Source of the DNA: an uncultured virus (IMG/VR IMGVR_UViG_3300027241_000181)
Taxonomy: Duplodnaviria; Heunggongvirae; Uroviricota; Caudoviricetes
Strand: one strand, 5' to 3'
DNA: 55,250 bases
Virus record (IMG/VR): IMGVR_UViG_3300027241_000181
Made by a program: the position numbers and the translations under genes. The notes below the pieces were generated by a model. That model did not search any database, was not told where the DNA came from, and worked only from the letters and a program-made list of their open reading frames with translations. This document shows positions 50,727-55,250 of the stretch, in pieces. Numbering within the stretch: the first letter of the stretch is position 1; the number at the start of each line of letters is the position of its first letter.

Positions 50727-51822
50727 GTATGATTTCCTAATCGTTGGAGCCGGACTGTATGGTTCGATATGTGCCCACGAGTTAACCAAACAAGGTTATC
50801 GAGTTTTGGTGATTGATAAAAGGGCACATATCGGCGGAAACTGTTACACTGAAAACGTTGAAGGCGTGCATGTACATCGGTATGGAGCTCATATCTTTCA
50901 CACTAATGATAAACGGGTCTGGGATTATGTCAATAATTTCGCCGAGTTTAGACAGTACAGTCATAACGTAATTGCAAATTATAAGAATAGTATCTACAAT
51001 TTGCCATTCAATATGACCACATTCAATCAGATCTGGGGCGTATCCTCTCCGGAAGAGGCAAAAGATATGATTGAAAAACAACGATTCACGGGTAAAATTA
51101 CTAATCTCGAAGAACAAGCCCTGTCATTGGTAGGAAAAGATGTATACGAAAGATTGATTAAGGGTTACACTGCCAAACAATGGCGCAAAGATCCTACAGA
51201 ACTTCCAGCTGCAATCATCAAACGTCTACCTGTAAGATTCACATACGATAACAACTACTTTAATGATCGTTATCAGGGAATGCCAATTGGAGGGTACACT
51301 CAGATCTTTGAAAAATTATTAAATGGTATTGACGTTCGATTAAACGAAGACTATCTTTCAGAAAAAGACTATTGGAACGCCAAAGCGCTGAAAGTCATCT
51401 ACACCGGTCCCATCGATAAGTTTTTCAATTATAAACACGGTTTATTGGAATACAAATCAGTTAAGTGGCACAATGAATTGATGGATCAAGATAATTATCA
51501 AGGGTGCGCAGTCATGAATTATACGGACGAAGAAACTCCACATACTCGTATCATTGAACATAAGTGGTTTGATGACCATGGTCAAAAGAAAACGTATGTT
51601 AGCTGGGAATTCCCCCAAGAATACACACAAGATGTTGAACCCTTTTATCCAGTGAATGATGACACCAATGGTCAAATCTATCAAAAATACAAGGCTTCAG
51701 CTGAAGGAATGTCAACTGTTCACTTTGGAGGAAGATTAGGAACGTATCGTTATTACGATATGCATCAGGTTGTCGCAGCAGCCCTTCATCAACTTGAAAC
51801 AAACTCATTCTTTAAGGTATAA
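50704..51822 (+). CDS. glf: UDP-galactopyranose mutase
   Basis: IVGAGL.G, HIGGNCY, HRYGAHIFHTN, YFNDRYQG.P, P.YP, GRLG.Y.YYDM. Confidence 0.93.
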   Translation: MSSVSQDKYDFLIVGAGLYGSICAHELTKQGYRVLVIDKRAHIGGNCYTENVEGVHVHRYGAHIFHTNDKRVWDYVNNFAEFRQYSHNVIANYKNSIYNLPFNMTTFNQIWGVSSPEEAKDMIEKQRFTGKITNLEEQALSLVGKDVYERLIKGYTAKQWRKDPTELPAAIIKRLPVRFTYDNNYFNDRYQGMPIGGYTQIFEKLLNGIDVRLNEDYLSEKDYWNAKALKVIYTGPIDKFFNYKHGLLEYKSVKWHNELMDQDNYQGCAVMNYTDEETPHTRIIEHKWFDDHGQKKTYVSWEFPQEYTQDVEPFYPVNDDTNGQIYQKYKASAEGMSTVHFGGRLGTYRYYDMHQVVAAALHQLETNSFFKV

Positions 51823-51827
51823 CTATC

Positions 51828-52232
51828 ATGGAAATTATGTTTATTATTACAATGATTTGCGCTGCCCTTGTCGCCTTATTGGCCGCTAAGATGCACAGTA
51901 AAATCGAAGCACTCGACGAAGCCCTTGAGGTTTTGGAAGATCTTCAAGATCATGTTCTAGAGCTTGAAGCAATCTCTATAACTCTTGAAGGACAGATGGA
52001 AGCGTGTAATGCAGATCGAAAAAATTCATCAAAAGATGAAGAACTGTCTAAACACGTTGATTCGCTTGAAAAGAATGTGATTGCTAACATTCAGGAATTA
52101 AGCGATTTGCGAGCGATGATGGCTAATCTAAACCAAAACATCGCCGAGGTAGCTGCATTTGCAGATCGAGTTAGTGGAAAGGTGGATCAAATTCAAAATC
52201 AAATCAACGATGACCGGCCAGAATCGTTCTAA
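51828..52232 (+). CDS. membrane-anchored coiled-coil protein
   Basis: N-terminal TM segment followed by heptads. Confidence 0.55.
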   Translation: MEIMFIITMICAALVALLAAKMHSKIEALDEALEVLEDLQDHVLELEAISITLEGQMEACNADRKNSSKDEELSKHVDSLEKNVIANIQELSDLRAMMANLNQNIAEVAAFADRVSGKVDQIQNQINDDRPESF

Positions 52233-52662
52233 CGCAGATAAGTTTCTTCATGTGTTTCGTCGTCGAACCCAGTATTGGGGTTTGAAGGTGGCCAAGATGG
52301 TCAATCCAGAGAAATTGTATACTGAAAGAAACACAGATTACTACAGAGAAACATTTGGAATCTGTCATAAATTAATTTCAAATCCATTATCAACTCTATT
52401 AATGTCCCCTATTTCGGGTAAACGATACATTAAGAGCGAAGATAATCAAATCTTTATTGTTATCAATAAAGACACCATTGACATTATCAATCACACCTAC
52501 AGCTATAACATTAAAGTTAACGGTACTAATCTATTTGATAAAATCACTAGGGTTTTTGACAATGAAGTTGAGCGTCGTCGAGAGGAGATGGAAGCTGAAA
52601 TCAAGAATAACGTTGAGCACTCATTAAAGTCAATCTATAATAATTTGGTCAATGAAAGGTAA
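52210..52662 (+). CDS. hypothetical protein
   Basis: ATG 52210; coupled ORF. Confidence 0.55.
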   Translation: MTGQNRSNADKFLHVFRRRTQYWGLKVAKMVNPEKLYTERNTDYYRETFGICHKLISNPLSTLLMSPISGKRYIKSEDNQIFIVINKDTIDIINHTYSYNIKVNGTNLFDKITRVFDNEVERRREEMEAEIKNNVEHSLKSIYNNLVNER

Positions 52663-52939
52663 AGTATTTGGTGATCTATTTTGGGCAGGTGCAGTCCTAA
52701 TAATTTTATTATCTTCTGTCATCTTTGGCCTAACTTACGGTGTTTCTTCATATTTTGAAAGTCAAGAAAGAATCGAAGTTGTTCACGATACCATCGTTAT
52801 AGAAGTTATCAAAGAAATTCCAATTGAATGTGTTCTTCCACACGTTCAACCAAAATCAACACCCGTTCAAAAGCCGATTGAGCAGGTTGTTTCAACAGTT
52901 GAAATCGTTGAACCTAAAGATTCTACCTTTAATATATAG
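52652..52939 (+). CDS. hypothetical membrane-anchored protein
   Basis: N-terminal TM segment, VVHDTI motif. Confidence 0.5.
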   Translation: MKGKVFGDLFWAGAVLIILLSSVIFGLTYGVSSYFESQERIEVVHDTIVIEVIKEIPIECVLPHVQPKSTPVQKPIEQVVSTVEIVEPKDSTFNI

Positions 52940-52994
52940 AAAGGTTGAAACTTTTCGGCATAATTAAATATAATTACTCTAAATACACATTAAA

Positions 52995-53177
52995 ATGGAT
53001 ATGGATATTTTTAATCAACTAAAAGAAGTGATTGATTCAGTAGAAGCTGATGCGATCAAGTTTTACGACAAAAAGAATAAGGCAGCTGGAACTCGTGTTC
53101 GCAAGGCCATGCAAGACCTTAAAAAGATCGCTCAGGATGTTCGTTTGGACATCTCTGAAAAGTCTAAAGCTGAGTAA
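52995..53177 (+). CDS. histone H1-like (Hc1-type) small DNA-binding protein
   Basis: D..KFY.K.NKAAGTR.RKAMQ.LK..AQ.VR. Confidence 0.8.
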   Translation: MDMDIFNQLKEVIDSVEADAIKFYDKKNKAAGTRVRKAMQDLKKIAQDVRLDISEKSKAE

Positions 53178-53186
53178 TCAGCTTCT

Positions 53187-53260
53187 GGTGCGGTAGTTCA
53201 GTTGGTCAGAATATCGGCCTGTCACGCCGAGGGTCGCGGGTTCAAGTCCCGTCCGCACCG
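53187..53260 (+). tRNA. tRNA-Asp(GTC)
   Basis: GGTGCGG/CCGCACC; TCGGC-CTGTCAC-GCCGA; GGTTCAAGTCC; G discriminator. Confidence 0.92.
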
Positions 53261-53301
53261 CAATGGGTTCGTTGGACGCCCTAAGTTCAACGGTTAAAAA
53301 T

Positions 53302-53459
53302 AGGACCGCCCCTCCCACGATACTAGTGTGGGATAAGGCCGGGTAAATGACGGAAAATGGCTGGAAGTCGACCTCTGCGGAACCCTACCGCATGCCACCG
53401 TCCCCCCACCGCATGCTGTAAAGAGCGGTTAGAGCACAGTAGGTGCCGACGGCGGTCCT
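53302..53459 (+). ncRNA. unidentified GC-rich multi-stem structured RNA
   Basis: Closing stem AGGACCGCC/GGCGGTCCT then a U-run; internal stems TCCCAC/GTGGGA, GTCG-ACCT/AGGT-CGAC, TGCGG/CCGCA, ACCGC/GCGGT. Confidence 0.6.
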
Positions 53460-53513
53460 TCTTTTTTACTTTGAAACTTTTTGTGGATCTAGTGTATAAT
53501 CTATAGTTAACTT

Positions 53514-53984
53514 ATGACTATGGTAAAATATACAAATCGTTACAACGACGTCCACACCTTCACCAAGGTAGATGAAACCAAAATTCTGTGGCAAGGCAAC
53601 TTTGATCACAGTCGATTCAGTTGGCCTAATGTTTATAAAGAGGCTTACGAACAATACCGCAAAGATGGCGGTGATCTTCATATTGAGGACTTTAAGAAGG
53701 AAGTACACCACTATGACAATGTCACATTTGAATTTTCTGAAATCTCTAAGAAGTACCGATCACTAGTCTATTCAGATACAAAAACCATCAGTATGGTTGA
53801 TCCATCTGGCGGTCCTTATGTTACTGCTGGCATGGACATGAAGTACTTTGGCGAAGAATTAAAGGGTTTGATCGTTCGATCTTTTACCCCAGCCGAAGAA
53901 GGTTATATCGTTAATGTTTATAACGAGTTTGACCACCTAGCTGACACCGAAATCATCGGTGGAATTATCAATACCTCAAAATAA
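53514..53984 (+). CDS. hypothetical phage protein
   Basis: YTNRY...ISMVDPSGGPY motif; promoter motif upstream. Confidence 0.6.
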   Translation: MTMVKYTNRYNDVHTFTKVDETKILWQGNFDHSRFSWPNVYKEAYEQYRKDGGDLHIEDFKKEVHHYDNVTFEFSEISKKYRSLVYSDTKTISMVDPSGGPYVTAGMDMKYFGEELKGLIVRSFTPAEEGYIVNVYNEFDHLADTEIIGGIINTSK

Positions 53985-54448
53985 TGAAGAACTACATTCT
54001 CACCCTCATGGCTTTTATGGCTGTGAACTTTGCAGGGCTTTGGCTCGGTGGTCTTGCAACAGGCCCTGGTGTAACTAGCGACTGGTACACTTCTTTGAAT
54101 CAAGCGCCTTGGACTCCACCGGGTTGGGTCTTTGGCTTGGCTTGGACCATTATTGGTGTAACGTTCTCAGTCTTTATGGCCAATGAATGGAGAGATGAAG
54201 AGAATCCTCTTCCTTATGCCCTTTTTCCTGAAGCTCTGCTACTAAACATCTTTTGGAATTACGTGTTCTTTGGCCAACATGTGCTCGGTGCAGCAATCAT
54301 GATTTCAATACTATCGATCATTATTTTTGTAATGGCACACTTTACACGAATCATCAACGGTTGGGGTCGAATGATCTGGATCATGCCGTATCTTATTTGG
54401 TTGATGATCGCATCTTCTCTTAACTGGTATATTGTAATCATGAATTAA
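53984..54448 (+). CDS. tspO: TspO/MBR family membrane protein
   Basis: WY.SL...PWTPPGWVF...WT; LN..W...FF; PYL.W...A..LN. Confidence 0.85.
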   Translation: MKNYILTLMAFMAVNFAGLWLGGLATGPGVTSDWYTSLNQAPWTPPGWVFGLAWTIIGVTFSVFMANEWRDEENPLPYALFPEALLLNIFWNYVFFGQHVLGAAIMISILSIIIFVMAHFTRIINGWGRMIWIMPYLIWLMIASSLNWYIVIMN

Positions 54449-54449
54449 A

Positions 54450-55250
54450 ATGAAAAAGATCTTACTATCCCTATTAATGGTCGCTTCAACGTCGACCTTT
54501 GCATCACATATTCTAGGTGGAATGTTAGCGATGTCACATGATCCAAGTTCACAACCAAATAATCAAGCGGTTGCTCTATATTTAATTACAGATCCACAAG
54601 GGATTGTACCTAATAGCCAAACAGTTACAGTTTACATTGAGAACAATAACTTCTATCAGTTCTCAGAAAATATAACGGTTACATGGACAACAACCGATAC
54701 AATGTTGGATGGTAATCTATTAACAACTTACACGAGTGGATATAAACAGTTCTATATGTCAAAATATCGCTTTGTGTATTCACATTGTTGCCGAGGTACA
54801 ACCGTTAATGCATCAAATTCTTTTACCAGTGATTTCTTGATTGCTCTTGACGTTGATCGTTTGAATGCAGTGAATAATAACACTCCGATGCCAAACTATC
54901 TACCAACATGTACGATGCCACAGAACTTTACCAGTGTGATTGACTTAAAAGCTCTAATCGACGATAGTTCATTTGAGAATGATTCTATTCAATATGAAAT
55001 GTGGGATGCTTTGGGTCAACATGCAAATAACACATTTGTGCCCTTAGCGCCATTCAACCAATTAACAAGCTATGGTATTTACACAATGGGCGGTGGTATG
55101 ATTAATTGGACGCCATCAACAGTTGGCAACTTCGTTACAGGTTATAAACTAACAGAATGGAGAAGTGGTGGTATTAAAGCATCACAGTGCTACGTTCAAA
55201 TGACGTACACCATCACACCGTCTTCAATTGGTATTACTGAGTTTGAAAGA
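54450..55250 (+). CDS. secreted Bacteroidota-type protein, likely T9SS cargo (3' end outside window)
   Basis: Open to the window end. Signal peptide MKKILLSLLMVASTSTFA then SHILGG, HCCR, NNTP, WTP...G.F....K.TEWR.G, ending SSIGITEFER. Not in the ORF track. Confidence 0.65.
   Translation, partial: MKKILLSLLMVASTSTFASHILGGMLAMSHDPSSQPNNQAVALYLITDPQGIVPNSQTVTVYIENNNFYQFSENITVTWTTTDTMLDGNLLTTYTSGYKQFYMSKYRFVYSHCCRGTTVNASNSFTSDFLIALDVDRLNAVNNNTPMPNYLPTCTMPQNFTSVIDLKALIDDSSFENDSIQYEMWDALGQHANNTFVPLAPFNQLTSYGIYTMGGGMINWTPSTVGNFVTGYKLTEWRSGGIKASQCYVQMTYTITPSSIGITEFER

Noticed and set aside
53265..53467. tmRNA or SRP RNA
   Set aside because: No Ala acceptor/T-arm or tag ORF, and no recognisable SRP domain IV (CAGG-GNRA-AGCAG) motif.

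Overview
A 55 kb, almost entirely plus-strand, densely packed segment of what is most likely a large (jumbo-type) dsDNA phage infecting a Bacteroidota host. The host inference rests on A-rich, SD-poor start contexts, TATATTAG/TATATTTA promoter cores, a bS21, an Hc1-type histone-like protein and a T9SS-cargo-like secreted protein. 1.6-19 kb is a virion fibre/decoration module: two giant Gly-X-Y (GTS/GSS/GAQ/GQK) collagen-like fibres with S74-type chaperone tails (one with an inserted vWA domain), LamG and fibrinogen-like proteins and a sulfotransferase. 19-35 kb and 40-55 kb carry glycosyltransferases, a PLOD-like lysyl hydroxylase, a COLGALT-like GT25, sulfotransferases, cysK/cysC, a carbamoyltransferase, glf, repair enzymes (Fpg/Nei, DenV, RNase HII), PhoH, DnaJ, bS21 and an ECF-like sigma factor. 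35.7-39.6 kb is an RNA-gene cluster with 10 tRNAs, and tRNA-Asp lies at 53.2 kb. Most notable: (1) a 25-codon leader ORF with antiterminator/terminator directly upstream of the tRNA cluster, whose codons 5-16 cover all nine elongator tRNAs of the cluster; (2) a minimal ~229-nt RNase P RNA; (3) unexplained structured RNAs next to tRNAs; (4) a candidate collagen Lys-hydroxylation/glycosylation/sulfation pathway for the fibres. All protein calls are from motif recognition by eye; no database searches were run.
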